DNA of 63,792 nucleotides, filler included, from Choristocarpus tenellus KU-1152 (GCA_964200185.2; 11 parts of 11 records of this genome joined end to end with filler, not necessarily neighbours in it); one strand, 5' to 3'. Numbered from the whole stretch's first letter, positions 25,565-39,193 are shown. The notes: generated by a model not told the origin, from the letters alone. Made by a program: numbers and translations.

Positions 25565-27537
25565 TATTATTCGCAAATTGACTGCAATAGACTCCTTTCA
25601 ATACAATTAACTATTTTAAGATGGGCGGTATTCCACTACTCTTGGCTCTGCCTCCTTCCTCAAATTTTGTGCCGGACTCGGCAATGAAGCCTTGCCATCT
25701 TTCTTATATTTCTACCCGCGTTTTTGTGGTATAGCAACAGATAAGATCGTATACGTCTACAGTCCATTCAGAGCTTGGGCATGTGGCCTTTGGATAATCG
25801 AAAACAGATTTCACTGAAAATAAACCTGGCGTCCAGGGGGTTCCAAGTTGTGGAATCAATGCAAATTGTAGGCAGGCCTGAGATGAGAGTGTGGTCTGCG
25901 GTCCATTTTACTTTTCTGCAACTGACTAGATCGATCCCCTTGTGTGTGTACTTCCTGCGCCTGTTCCCTTCAATTTTGTTGCTGCGTATAAATCTATATT
26001 TGCCCATGTGTGTATGTTCGTTCAACCTGACATCCTAATCTATGCACTTAGTCAACCTTTTCTTACACTATTTCAACAGCACATAGTAGATAGTTCACAA
26101 ATATTGTCATTGTCCGCTGGAATCGCTGTCCAATGGTCAACCAACGGAATCATTTTGACCGACAACCTCCTCGCACGCATCCAAAATCATAGTGGTGCGG
26201 AGCTGCAGGAGTAACACTATGAAAGGATGAGGTCGCATGGATTGGATCTGTGTCATTTCTCCAAACACACCACAATGGACATCAACGCTGTTAGATCTAG
26301 GAGCAGGTTATCTTGCCTTCGCATAGCTATGCACAATTTTCTACTGCCTAAGAATGCCTGACCTCCCTTTCTTGATGCTGGAAGCGGCAATGCGAGCTTT
26401 CAACTTGAATGTTGTGGTATGGTTGCTACTGACCCTGACATTGAATTAATAATTAAATATTACTACAACGGACTTGGCAACAAACTCATGGCCATTCACG
26501 CGTCAATTCACGCTACCTTCACCTGGCATATTTGCTTCTTCATCAGGTCGGGGTGCCATAACAACCCTTGTGTTGAACAGTGTGACTCAAGGCCATCTGG
26601 GCAGAGCTCCTACTCCTCCTGCATCTTTCTCATTCCTTCTTCAACACCATATCCCGTAGGTTCAGAATGCAAGGGGTTCAAGGTGAATCAAAAGGCGAAA
26701 GGGCTAAACTTTCTCTTAGAAAAAGAGAAAGAGCTATGTCTGACGGAGGTAGTGCTGTTTTCGTGGCTGCAGGGGCTCTGACGATAAAAGGAAGAAGACT
26801 AATATGTCTCAGCAAGAAATGGTCGCCTTCGACCCTAGAAGGGAGGAGAAGAGACGTAAAGGATTCCTTATAATATGACTGAGCAACATAAATGACAGCA
26901 TTCCATGTTACAAGGACTGACAATAAATGTTAATGGAGTTTGAGCGTGTCTCAGCAAGAAAAGGCAATCGTTGATGTTACAGCGACTGAAGAAGAGAGGG
27001 AAAATATTTTGAGCAATAAAACATAACAAATCACCTTCTGAGGCAATAGTCCTCTCAATATCTTTGTCAAATGGTTGAGCTAGAGGTAGAAGGGAAGAAG
27101 GGAGTGTCTGACGATAGTTACATATTACTCCGGAGTATTATATCCATGTTTTTGCGTCTAGGAATTTCTCCTAGTATCATCAGTATTTTTGGCGTTACTA
27201 TCCCAACCTATGGTCAGAGGCACAATACGTTGCACTACAGGTACCTCTCGTATAAAGCACTTTAACAAAATCTTGCACTACAGCTACATGTACTGAGACT
27301 ATTTGTGTCTTGTTTTTTGGACGTTTTGGGGCATAGTCTTCCCACTGCTTGTTGCTCTGCCTCTTCTCTCAAATCTTGTACAGAACCCACCTCACCGCCG
27401 CTTGGCGATGAAGCCTTGCCACCTTTCTTGTTCCGACGTTTTTGTGTTATAGGTTCGTATAGGATGGTACCTGGAACAGACGGGTGGACAATTTGTGAAC
27501 TTGCCTCGTGAAAATTGGGTGATCGAAACCAGATTTC

Positions 27538-28260
27538 GGGTCAAAGTATCTGGGGGGGGGGTGCTGGTGTCCGTTTTTCACCCTTTTTTCGATTTTCACT
27601 TTTTGGTGTGATTTGGTCGCACGTGTCGGATTTGAAATGTCAGCAAAAAAAAAGACTGTTGGTTAGGTTCCTTTCTGTCCTTGCGTACGCAAGAGGAATG
27701 GGAATATATGCCACCATTTATTTGGGTTTGGTTAGGAGTTTCGACGTTTGCATGTGTCGGATTTCGAGTCTGTTCAAACTGGATTATTGGTTATGTATGT
27801 TGGTCGTGCAGTTATGATGAAGAATGAGAGATATGGGTTAGGTTGTTCCAGGGCTGGATATTGGTTTGTTTGGTTGCATGAGTGGGATTTGGTTAGCACA
27901 TAAAGAGGGCTGTCAGTTAGGGTGTGTTTTCCCACTGTTAGGATGAGGAGTTGAAAAATGACTATGGGCTGTTGCGAGGTTGGTTTTTTCGTTTATTTGC
28001 TTGCATGAGTCGTGTCTGGTATGCACACAAAGAGGACTGTCAGTTCGGGCCCGTTCTCCCGGTGTGTGCACGAGGAACCAACACATATATCATGTACAGT
28101 TTAAATGTAATACTTCGTTTATTTGCATGCATGTGTCGGATATAGTATGTAAACAGACGTGGTCGTCGCTGAGGGTGTTAGGGTTGAAGTTGTTGGTATG
28201 AAGGAAGGGAAAAGGGTCAGGTTTTGTTTTCGGGTTAGTGCATTATATCTCTGTAATGTG
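27538..28260 (+). mobile_element. Left arm of a longer family-A-related TIR element with about 127-bp subterminal repeats
   Basis: GGGTCAAAGTATCTG(G)n terminus, then a TGCATG(T/A)GTCGGA-like motif at about 27616, 27746, 27872, 27999 and 28125. Confidence 0.6.
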
Positions 28261-28894
28261 TGGACGGAATCTGGAGATGTATACGAATGGTTATTGGTCA
28301 AGGTCTATTGTCGTACGTTTCTCTGAAAATATTTCAAGGTACAGTTCCAGAGGTCCTGGGTTGGTGCTGTGCTTAGGAGCATCGTGCGTGGACTTCGGTA
28401 TATGATCCTCCAAGATTCGAAGGAGGACGAGATCGGTTCTAGTTTGTCGACACTTGGACAAAGCATGAGATGGTGCATAGAGTATTGAGAAGAAGGGGGG
28501 AGGTGCTTTATAGTGTTCAAGGAAAATAGCTGCTTTGAGAAGGACAGGGTATCCATTGCAGGCCCTGGCGAATTGTTTGGAAAGGTTAGCTGAAAAGATG
28601 GAGAAGAGTTGTTTGATTGATGTATTATATCTTAGTTGTATAAACCTTGTAGCAGACACGCTCTATTAAACAAATAATAACACAGGTCTAATCCTCAACG
28701 TGAGCATGATATAAGATACGCTGACGGCTCTGACTGGTAGGAATGTATCCGATACCACTGTCTAAATGCATAACTCATGGAATGGAAAGTGCATGAACAT
28801 GTTAGTCGGACACCAAGGCAAGGTACACTGATGCAACATCAGTGTACCTGTAACTCTACCCGTACTTGAACAAAAGACTGAAACGACTGAAGCC

Positions 28895-30655
28895 CTATTT
28901 CAATTGGTGGGCGGACTCGCAAATGCATTCGTCACCCTTCTCCCACCACTCTGTGAGCTTAGGGTATGCCTCGACAAGAAGGTGCCATAGATTTAGGCGT
29001 GTGGAGTGCCTGGTGTTCCAAGGTTCGGGCTTCATGAGGATCAAGAAGATAGCCTTCCTCGCCTGGAGTGCTTCCACATGCTCGGGATGCAACGTATTGC
29101 CTGGCTTCCCTCCACAATCGCTGAGTTTAACCTATGTGGGCTCATTGGCATAGCATTCATCCCCGAAAACAAAAGAAACGACCCCTTTACCGATCTTGAT
29201 CATCCTGAACCCATGGTCGTATATGACTTGGGTGAGGATTTGAGTCTGCACTCGATACTGTGAAAGAAGCAGGTTTCGTTGCCGATCGTAGGAGCTCGGT
29301 AACGCACGCCTCCATGAAGGCTTCGGTGATACCCACAGCGGACGCATCGCTGGAGTTCGCCACGTCCTGTGTGACGCAATCCTCATCACCATGAGATGAC
29401 ATTTCGTCGTCATCGTCGTCATCGTCGTACCTCGAGGTAGATAAACATGGATTTACCGCGTATTTGCCCATTTTGGCAGAAGCGAAGACGTCTGCGAAGA
29501 AGCCAGGTTCTAAAGTGCTGCCATCAGGACCATGAGGCTGTTTGAAAGGTCTCATCCGTCCAGCACCTTCTCCCACCCTCTTCTTCCTAATTAGCGTCCT
29601 TTTCCCCTTTCCTCTGCCCTTCTCGGAATGCTTGTCCCTCGGGGTTGGGGTAGGATTGGCATGGACTTGGTTATCACTTTGCCTCACAGTATGGTTGTAG
29701 GTGTTAACTGGCACTTGTGACTCGTCGCCGCCGCTGCCCACCGAATGGGCCTTTGGGGACTCTGGGGTCACCACTCCCGACAGGCGTGGACTCTGAGTCC
29801 GTGCCTGAACGCCCACCCACGTCCTCTTGTAAACGTTCCTCTTGACTGACAAAGCGTCACAATCGGGTCAGTCCCCATCGCCTTCAGAGTCTTCTCTCAA
29901 CCTGATCTTCTGATATATTGTCCTTTTCCTCTTTCCGTTACCTTTCACGGAAGGCTTGTCCCTCGGTGTTGTGGTTGGATTAGCATGGGTGTGGTTCTCA
30001 CTTCGCCCCACAGTATTGTGGTAGGTGTTCCCTGGAACCTTGGACTCGTTGCCGCTGCTTCCCACTGAATGGGTGTTTGGGGACATACATGGGTCACTCC
30101 TGACAGGTGTGGACTCCGAGTCCCTGCCTAGTCGCCCCCTCACGTCCTCCTGTGCAAGTTCCTCTGTACCTGACAAAGCGTTACAAATGGGTCGGTCCCC
30201 ATCGCCTTCAGAGTTGTGTTTCGAGGGTGTGGTTGTATGCCTCCCCCCTTGTAGAGTGCTACTTCCTGTACCTACTGCTAGGCGATGGGTTATCCTGTTC
30301 CTCTTCATCACCTGGTGGGCTGGGTCTTCCACAAGGTATAGGCGTGGATACGCCACCAGCTACCGGTGTCTTCACCAGTGCAAAATTGCAGAAGGTGGAG
30401 AGTTTGTCCATGGGAGTTTGATACAATCCGGATCGAGGTTGTCCCCGAGGGCAGCGCATGTGATTACCATGCCTCCTGGTCGGGTCTGGAGAAGGGCAAC
30501 TTCTCTCTCGTGGGTGGCGCTCGTTTCGGACTTGAACTTGTCAAGGTTGTGCTCGGACGTGGCGTTTTTGTCTGGCATGATCACAATGTTTGACTCTCGT
30601 GTTATCTCTGTGATGGTGGAGGAGTAGGCCAAGGACGTGGCGAAGTAGGAGTCTG
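28895..30655 (-). pseudogene. Dispersed coding-like repeat of unknown family, copy 1 (frameshifted, internal duplication)
   Basis: Translations match 44690-45895 (AYSSTITE.TR...VALLQTRPGG.VITC; IRKKR.GEGAGR.RPF; FFADVFASA; VGITEAF). Confidence 0.7.
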
Positions 30656-31111
30656 TACAAATTACCTTGGGAGGTAATGCTATTTGTCAGTAGTGAAGAT
30701 AAGAAGGTGTGAAGCCTCACACGACCCCTTTCGCTGAACGTGAAAAGAATGGATGGTTGAAATTAGAAGAGTGAGCTTTGTGGGCTGTCTTCTCATTGTT
30801 TGTTTATTATTATTGTTGTGTTTTCGCTATCTATTTCAAAGTAGCGAAAGGGAATGAATAATAAACAAATTCCATATATAATCACATGGATTCCATTCGA
30901 TTCTATCTCATTAGTTACATCACATGGATTCAATTCAACACAATAATCTCATATACACAAAATAAGATACACTTCACTATTGTCCTATTTTGCCCACTCC
31001 CCCATGAGAGTNNNNNNNNNNNNNNNNNNNNNNNNNNNNNNNNNNNNNNNNNNNNTTAATTAATTAANNNNNNNNNNNNNNNNNNNNNNNNNNNNNNNNN
31101 NNNNNNNNNNN

Positions 31112-31400
31112 ACCAGTCAGACAATAAGAGCTTGGGTGATGAGGATGACGTTGGGTTTATGGGAGGGGACGGTGCATCGGGGACTGTGAGGAAAAGAACA
31201 GCCTCTTCAGTGTTCTCGATTCCTCCACCACCATACTCTCAAGTAGCTGACAGGTTGGCAAGCTTAGAAACAACCGCTGAAGAGTGCAGCATGAACTATG
31301 TTTCGTGCCATGTTCGGAAAGGAAAATTGGCTTGGCTCAGTGCAATCAGGGCAAGGGCAATCAAACAAGTGCGTATCCGCGATTTTTTGGCAGTTGCAAT
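31112..31400 (+). mobile_element. Probable pogo/Tigger-like transposase C-terminal remnant
   Basis: PPPPYSQVADRLASLETTAEEC...KGKLAWLSA...KQVRIRDF; the terminal KQxxIxDF motif is typical of pogo-like transposases. Confidence 0.5.
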
Positions 31401-32129
31401 TTTTTTTATTAGCAAGAAAGTTATCTTTATCTGTGCGGGAGATGGGGGGTGCACGGTGGTGCAGCTGTATTTGATCCACCGTGGAGTTTTTTATATCGTA
31501 CTGTGTAATATCCTTGTAGAGTGCAATTTCATATGTAGAGCAGGCCATTGGAGGGAGATTGGCTTTGAACGTTGATTTGATTTGCACTGCAAGTGGTCAG
31601 TCCATCCATCCAATGGCTTGCGGATACTTTTCTCGGGAAGGTGTACTAAGCATACGAGTGAATACTTTGTAATGAGTGCAATTTACCAAAGTTAGAGTAC
31701 TATATACATGTACACTGGCATACTGTGGTGGGGTGGTGTAGATGTGGTGCTTGCTGCACCACCACAGCTTCATCGAAATGGACTCACTGAGGGCAATGTT
31801 CAATTCCTATCTACATGTAACTACTTCTGAAGGCATATGGAAGCACATACGGCAAGGGCATCGCTCCGTCGTCGTTCTAGGACAAGTATAAAGTGCCTAC
31901 AAGCACTGTTGCTCGATATAACATAGGTTTCTCTTATCGCAAACTTTCAGTTTAAGAGAAAATATATCTTATTTACAATAAGAGAGGATCGGGATACGTA
32001 AGAGGGTTTTTTCGCTTCCCCCTACCCTCTCTTATATAGGTACAGCCTCTGTATATCAAGTTTAAGTTATATTATACTATGTTCATATATATAGAGTACC
32101 CTTATATATCTCCCAGGGATACAAATCAA

Positions 32130-33150
32130 ACGTCTCCATCGCGGTTTCCACGCGTGTTTGGTCACCCCCACGTCTTCCTTCAGTTGCTGGACGGAATGAA
32201 AGGATCCTAGGTTGTTGCTGTTGAGGTGTGGAGAGTTGGCTGGCTGAGTCTTTATGACAATGACATCGCCCATCGCCTCCTTGATTGCCTCCACGATCCA
32301 CCCCTTCGTGTGTGGATTTGCCCCGGCCTGCTGCACAAAGATGGTGTGTCCTTCCAGCGTAGGCATGCAGGCCTTGGATTACCGAGATGAGAACCTCGAT
32401 CACGAGCTTCTTATAACTCTCCCCGTCCGCCGTGGCTGGCACAAGCACATTGATGCCCCTTGGGGCGTTGTTTGATGGAGTGATGAGCGACCTTAGTGTC
32501 GACAATTGGTCAGATCCCGATTTTCCAATCGAACCACAACCAGTTGGAGAACTTCCTAGGGCGGGCCCCAGGTGCAAGGAACATCACCTTCGTAATGTAA
32601 CACTTATTATGCTATGCCCTTGGGGGGTTGGGGAGGTCTTCAGTGGAGTGCAGGTACACACCTTGCCCATCTTTGAGGATGTAAAACCATTTTTCGTCCA
32701 CATGCACCCAGTCATACAGACTGTCCACTACTACCCCACTTTCCCTACTCCTGTGCGTGTGGTTGATGATGAAACTCACCCTGTTGACTTTCTGCTGGTC
32801 AGAAAGGACTGACTTGACCCACCACTTGACGTGCCTCCACAGATCCCACAACAAAGCAATGATGGAGACCCCAGGTTTGGTTGCCCATTTGCCGAAGGAT
32901 GTGCGGTGTACCAATGGGACATCCCAAATACCAAAGATACTTTTAAGGCGGCCACAATATCCCTTACGATGTCGTACAAGGTCAATGCACTGAATTTGTG
33001 TAGTGTGGCTGTCACACTCCTTCAGATGATGGAACACAGCGATTCGGGAAATTCCAAAGTCCTCCGCTATGGCCGCCACCATCCCCTGAGGCATCCAAGT
33101 CTTGCGCCCTTTTGCATCCAGGCATTGCACCACCACAATTTTCTTCATCG
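32130..33150 (-). mobile_element. Mariner-like transposase pseudogene (plant/oomycete DD39D-type)
   Basis: WVHVDEKWFY, ITKVMFLA..ARPR, KIGI, IFVQQAGANPH, QPANSPHLNSNNLGSF; frameshifts and stops. Confidence 0.9.
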
Positions 33151-33529
33151 AGTGTTTGAGTCCTGCCCCCGGACAGACTTCTAGCCAAAGAATTAGAATT
33201 GAAGGGCAAGAACAGGATGAGCGAGAGTCGCTCAAACAACAGGGGGTCTTCGTCCTAGGCATCCCGATAAACATCCGTTTTGACAGTTTCATGAGGTTTT
33301 TTAACCCTATCAAATGCGACTTGGTCGACTTTGCACTGGTGATCCTCCACAGTAATGACACTCCAACCCTCTCAAATGTTGTATACCTCCCAATTAATGT
33401 AAGAACCAAGCCTCTCCCAGAGGGTTTATCTCGTGGGTTATTCCCGAGCAAGAACACATCTTACAAAAGTTATGTTACAATTAATTCAGAACGGAGGAAG
33501 TATTTACACTTTAAAATTCTTCCAGTTTT

Positions 33530-33815
33530 AGTGGAATGGATACAAGATACAAGTAGAGTGAATGGTAAATACGGAGGCATGACCATGATGTGGTTGGCGT
33601 GAGTGTAAAAAAAATATGTCCTGCCCAACCGTAACTAAAATGTTTTTAACATGGCTGAGTCCATGGTCATCACTACTCAACATGATCGGGGCTGCCAGCT
33701 GACCATGTACAACCAAGTTTGGGCATGACTGATGCCATGGCCATCGACCCCTGTAACATGCCAGGGTCGCAGCCCAATTTGCAGTCATATGGCCGACAGT
33801 GGACGTGCTGCTAAC
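33530..33815 (+). repeat. Dispersed repeat, homologous to 41155-41420
   Basis: Shared AAGATACA.GTAG.GTGAATGG.AAATA, GAGTCCATG, ACCAAGTT, AGTCA.ATGGCCGACAGTGGAC. Confidence 0.7.
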
Positions 33816-34899
33816 TGCAGGGCCCACTGAAAACGTTTGGTTTTAAGAGTTTCTGGATTACAACTTGTGAAATATACAGGCGTTGATGTGCCTCACTGGT
33901 TAACCTCAGCATGAATTCACGGGTTTCAACCCCTCCGATGCCAAACCTTTTCTAACCTAAATCTGTTTTCTTCCATGATCCAATTCCTCATGGTGATTAT
34001 TACGGGTGCACATCTACCTGAAATATGCTGCATACATATAAAATTTAATGCTACGTTTTATTATGTACTATATCACTATGAATAGGCCCGTCTGGGAGGG
34101 CCTAGACCCCTTCCTTAGGGATTGGGGGTTGGTTGGACAGAGGAATTGAGGAGGGAGCGTGTCTTGCGAACTTATGCATGAGGATGAGATCCAGTGTAGG
34201 GAATGTACAAGATAGACGGAAGGACGAACAGAGGACGGACAAGAATTAGATTATGTGTGTGGCAGTGTTACTAGAAACGTACATACGGGAGAGAGCCGGT
34301 CGGTACAGGTAACACGGATGAACACAAAGACAGACATACGAGCGAATGGGTGGACAGGAATTCCTTGGATATACACGGTACATAAGTGAAAGAGCCCCGA
34401 AAGATTGTAAGGGCCCCTGTCAGGGAATTAATACTGCTAATTGCTCACTTGAGTCTGGAACTCCTTCACTATCTCCACCCCACCTAGCTCCCTCAATGGC
34501 GGTACACACTGCACTAATATTATCTACTCTACTAACTAGTGTCTAACTGTTGCACTGTGACAAATTGTACTGCCCCTTGCGTGACTTATGTTTTCTTGCT
34601 CTTCCCTCAAACCTGATGTGTGCTCATTCGTTCACAATTAATCTTTCCCCACCAGGATCCAAATATTTTCGCGTCCCTTTCTGCGGTTCAGTGAAAGTTG
34701 GTAAGGTACAGATGTGTCACCTTAATATAGGTCCACCAAGGTCAAATTTCCTGCAAAGAAAATCCATGATCGGAGGCAGAACCGGGGATTTCCGTGATGG
34801 ACTGCGGGCGGAAGACCACTTGAGCTACTAGTACCACACAAAGTGCCAACAACCAAAGGCACAGTTAATATACCTGCCGATGTCAACGACAACATGGCA

Positions 34900-37340
34900 T
34901 CTTCATACACAGCCCATTTGTTGGAACTTTCCTTAGAAGCCCTCCTACCTACCCAAAAAGGTGGTGTGCAAAGGAATAACCTCAAGCAAACGTCCTGAGA
35001 GCCTGGGAGGCATAGAAGCAACTGCCCACAGACCCCCAGAATGCCACTTCTATGTGTGTGTTAAGACCATTTGCAAGAAGCTCAAGCGGGCAGGCATCAG
35101 CCTTGCAGAAGTTCCTTTACACATGTAACACGAAGATGAAAACCTTTCCACCACCATGGGGACCAAGCTGGTGGATTCTACCAACACCCAGACAGATTCA
35201 CCATAGAGAGAACCAGACAGATTGCCTCTCAACATATCAGCAAAGAATCTGACTGACCAAGCTACCATTGAAGTAGGCACCTATCATAAAACAGCGGAGG
35301 AGATAATTCACACTGCTCCTTCGTACCAAATTGGTTGATCTCAACCCTCATAGTACTGACGTCCTTAATCAACAACTCACATCTGCTGCCTTCACTAATG
35401 CACCAACTTTGATGGAGGTGTCTGAGGCCCTCCGTAGCAGTGGAAAATGTGGAGGCTATAGGTGCCATCGATCTTCCATTATAGCTCCTACAACTTTGCC
35501 AGAAGAAGGGCAAAGCTACTCTTCGAGGTTTCCACAAGATTGTGTTGGGTTTATGGGTTCAGGAAGTTGTGCTGATGAGGAGGTCATTGCTGTGCTCCAC
35601 AAGAAGAAGGACTGAGCTGGCTGTGGCAACTATAGAAGGGCATCCCGTTAGTCGCGCATGCTGGCGAAGTACTGCTCAAGGTTGCAACACGGTGGCTGGG
35701 AGATTACCTGGAATGTAACAACATATTTCTTACTGTGGAACAGTGCGTTTTCCTGTCCCAAAACTCCACGGTAGATATTTATTTACACTGTACGTGCCTC
35801 CAAGAGGGTTGGACAGGAAAAGCATATACCCATATTCATGTTTTACTTGTCTGCAGAAAATATATGACTCTGCTGATCATAGCCTCCTGTGGGCTGTGCT
35901 GGCCAATTTGGCACACCAGAGAAGATAATTTCTTTCATCCACCAAGTCCATAATGGAATTAGGGCATGTGTTCGCATGGATAATGGTGAGTGCTCAGACT
36001 AGTTGGAAGTTAGATGGGCCTTCGACAAGGGTGTGTACATACTCCCATCCTCTTGAATTTATTCTTTACTGCAGTGCTAAACAATGCTATTTGAAGGGTT
36101 TTACCTTTGATCCCGCCATCTCAAGGACCTTGTCATCAAGAGAATGGGCCAAAAAAACAGATCAGAGGTAGAGGAGCACCAGGGAGTGTGGCAACATGCG
36201 AGCAATTCTTGCAGGGGATGCTCTATCCTGTTGTTGCAGGCGTTGTTTCCAAGGCCCAATGAGGCTTGGCCAGGATGACGATAGTGATTGTGAAAGTGTC
36301 CAGATAATTCAGTCTGACCATGTCAACACTGAACACGAAGGCAATGTCTTCGGTCCATAAATAAGCTTGTAGATACTAGGCAGTTCCAGGCACTGTACCA
36401 GACCTAGAACCAGATTGATACGTTTTCCTTGTGAGTCAAAGTATCTTAGAGGGCAGAGTCGCGTCCATTTGTGGGCCAAAATCCAATGTTGCAATTTTTA
36501 TGTAATTTTGTCTATCATTTTTTTTAGGAGATGTTTTTATCCTTCTTTTGGACACACCTTTTCATAACATACACATTTTATCCACTCCGAAATATTTTGG
36601 AGTAGGTAAAATATCATTAACAACCCGTGAGCAGCCAAGCTCCAAATGGACAAATAGGGAAAAACTCGTCCCTCTAAGATAATTTCACTCTTGTGCGCAC
36701 CATCAGCGACGAACCCAATTACTTCTGAGATAACCAGGACGATCCAGAAAGCTGGGTGCTGATTTCATAAATTGAGCCAAGTACAGTATGACAGGACTTC
36801 ATGTATATCACTTGAGCTTGAGATTCAATTGCTCAATTCTGAGGTGCCTGCAGTTCTGATATATGGTTGTACTCCGGAATATGACACTCCATAGGATCCA
36901 TTACGTCAAGGTTCGCTCACATAACCACAGATTCCTCCTTTGTTGTATTGGACTCCGCAAATAGGAATACACCGAATGTCATACAAAAGGGTTCTTGCAA
37001 AGACTGTGTGAGAGTATTGAGGTAGCTGTGGGCAAGCGGAAAATTCTATTTTCTGGATCAGTTGCACGCAAGGGGGAAGAGTGGCTTCCTAAGATGGTGA
37101 TGGTTGATGTTTGGGGGGGCTGCAGCTGGAAATAGGAAGCAAGGTGGAAAGGAGGAGAATAACTGGTGGATATGCTTCCAAAGTGACCTTGAGAAGCTTG
37201 GGAATACTGTTGAGAGTTGGAGCTCTAGAGTCGTTATCCTAACAACAGAAGTGATATAGGCGTGTAGCTTCCAGCACAAGGGGCTTATTGGAGAGTGGCA
37301 TCCCAAGGAAGCTGTGAAGGCTATTGCACGCCATGCTAAA
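34900..37340 (+). mobile_element. RTE-like LINE ORF2 remnant, interrupted by a MITE B
   Basis: APTLMEVSEALRS, VIAVLHKKKD*AGCGNYR, LQKIYDSADHSLLWAVLA, ACVRMDNGECSD, later KRKILFSGSVARKGEEWLPK; many stops; 5' boundary approximate. Confidence 0.85.
36433..36690 (-). mobile_element. MITE family B (258 bp) inserted in the LINE
   Basis: TIR GAGTCAAAGTATCTTAGAGGG / CCCTCTAAGATAATTTCACTC; TSD TTGT. Confidence 0.92.
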
Positions 37341-37387
37341 GCACCAGCTAAGGTCACCCTAGTCACCACCGAGTGAAAGTTACCACC

Positions 37388-37647
37388 GAGTGAAAGTATC
37401 TACAGAGGGTAGAAATTTTGCCCTGTTTGTCCATTTGGGGCTTGGCTTCCCATGGGTTTAGTTATGACATTTTCCCACTCCAAAATGTTTCGGAGTAGGA
37501 AAAATGTATACGTCATGAAAAGGTGTGTCCGGAACGTGGATACTGACACTTCCTAACAAACACGACAGCCAAAATTATATCAAAATCGCAACATTGGAAT
37601 TTGGCCCCCAAATGAACACGGTCCTACCCTCTAAGATAATTTGACTC
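37388..37647 (+). mobile_element. MITE family B
   Basis: GAGTGAAAGTATCTACAGAGGGTA...TACCCTCTAAGATAATTTGACTC; flanked by ACC(ACC). Confidence 0.9.
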
Positions 37648-38704
37648 ACCACCCCCACCGTTTGTTGAATACTGCTTTCTCAAAATAATAACTTCTTAGG
37701 TCGATTTTTCTTCTATCCGTTTTTACTTTTGCTTTTTTTCCCCCCATGTCATTTTCGACCAGGAACGCTTTTTAGTTAGAGGGATTCTTTTCTTTCCTTC
37801 TCTTTCTTTTCTATTCCTCAGTGTCTTTGTCAAACAGTGTGTATTGCCTTCTTTGCATTACCTTTTTGGACTAAAGGTCTGGGACCCTCAGAGTCATCAG
37901 ATGAGAACTTATAAAAAATATATAGTAGTAATAGTAATAATAGTAATAATAATGCCTTCACAAGAACTATAATAAAATGCCCCAAAAACCCCAAAACGCG
38001 GTCAAGGCGGAAACTTCGAGGAAGATCCAGGACAAGATTTATGGTAGAGACGAAGCAAGGAGGGTGGGAGTGCTAAACCCAACTCGCGAGAAACAAGGCA
38101 GGAACGGAGGTAGTATAATTAGTCGCTGTGCAGCAGTTAGTATGCCTTCGTTAGAATGAAATGTAGAAAGCAGTGCGTAATAAGTCTCACCACAATTCGA
38201 GATTTACCACGTTAATGCGAAGACAATTAAAATGAACAATACGAGAAGAGATAATCATAATAATTGACAGGTATGTATTTACGAAAACTCTGACAATCAT
38301 GCGTGTCTGGAAATAATGTGCCGCAACCTACTAGGATAGTATTGATTCCTTGTTTTGAAATTTAATAAAGTATCATCGGTGTATCTGATCACAATATTGT
38401 GCCCATTGATATTTGCAGATGTTGCCAGTTGTCATGTAGGAGAAGGGGGAAGGAGAAACATGCGGTAAAGAAAACATTCCCACCCCCCCTCTCATCAACA
38501 CGTTACAGCAATAAAAATTGAAGAAGAAAAACCAGGCAAGAATATAAAACATACAATTTGCAATACCACAATTTTAGTAAAAAAGGACTATCATATACAC
38601 CGACAATTGTTGTAGTGAATATTAAAACAATAAAACAAGCTCACAAATTTAAGGACGACCTACAACACTTGAAACTGCCATTGCTATTTTATACCCCATC
38701 TCAC

Positions 38705-38970
38705 CTGAATAACTTCACCACTTCCATCAAGGCCGGCCAACGTCAATGGTTTATCTGTGATTGTAGCGCTCTGCATTATGGCGGTTGCAACTGCATTAAG
38801 AGTTCTCTTCTGGACCTCAGGAGTCACCCGCACGACCTCAGGCCTGGACAACAGGTACGAAATGAGGGCCATAAGGCAAGCCATCTGGGCATCTGCCTCC
38901 CCCTCTAACTCTCCCTCGATCTCCTCCACAGGAGTCCACGGATCATTGCCAGGCATAAGGTGCTCAAGCC
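38705..38970 (-). CDS. Subtilisin-like serine protease (S8), exon 2
   Basis: gagcag|GG...CAG|gtgag; phase-compatible with exon 1; ...RTLNAVATAIMQSATITDKPLTLAGLDGSGEVIQ, which directly precedes the S8 catalytic D-T/S-G motif. Confidence 0.8.
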
Positions 38971-39193
38971 CTGCTCATGAAGATCAGCCCAGCAACGTAT
39001 AGGAACTCAGGAGATAGAGGTCTACCATGGAGAGTTGGTCAACTGCGCAAGATAGGCATGGAACTAAGACCAGCAAAAGAGTAGAAGGAAGGGGACAATG
39101 AAATCAATATAGAAGGTCTCGATAAGATACCAAAATTTACACTCTGACATCATATGGTGGATACAAGCACCACCTTAATAGAGCTCGTCGTAC

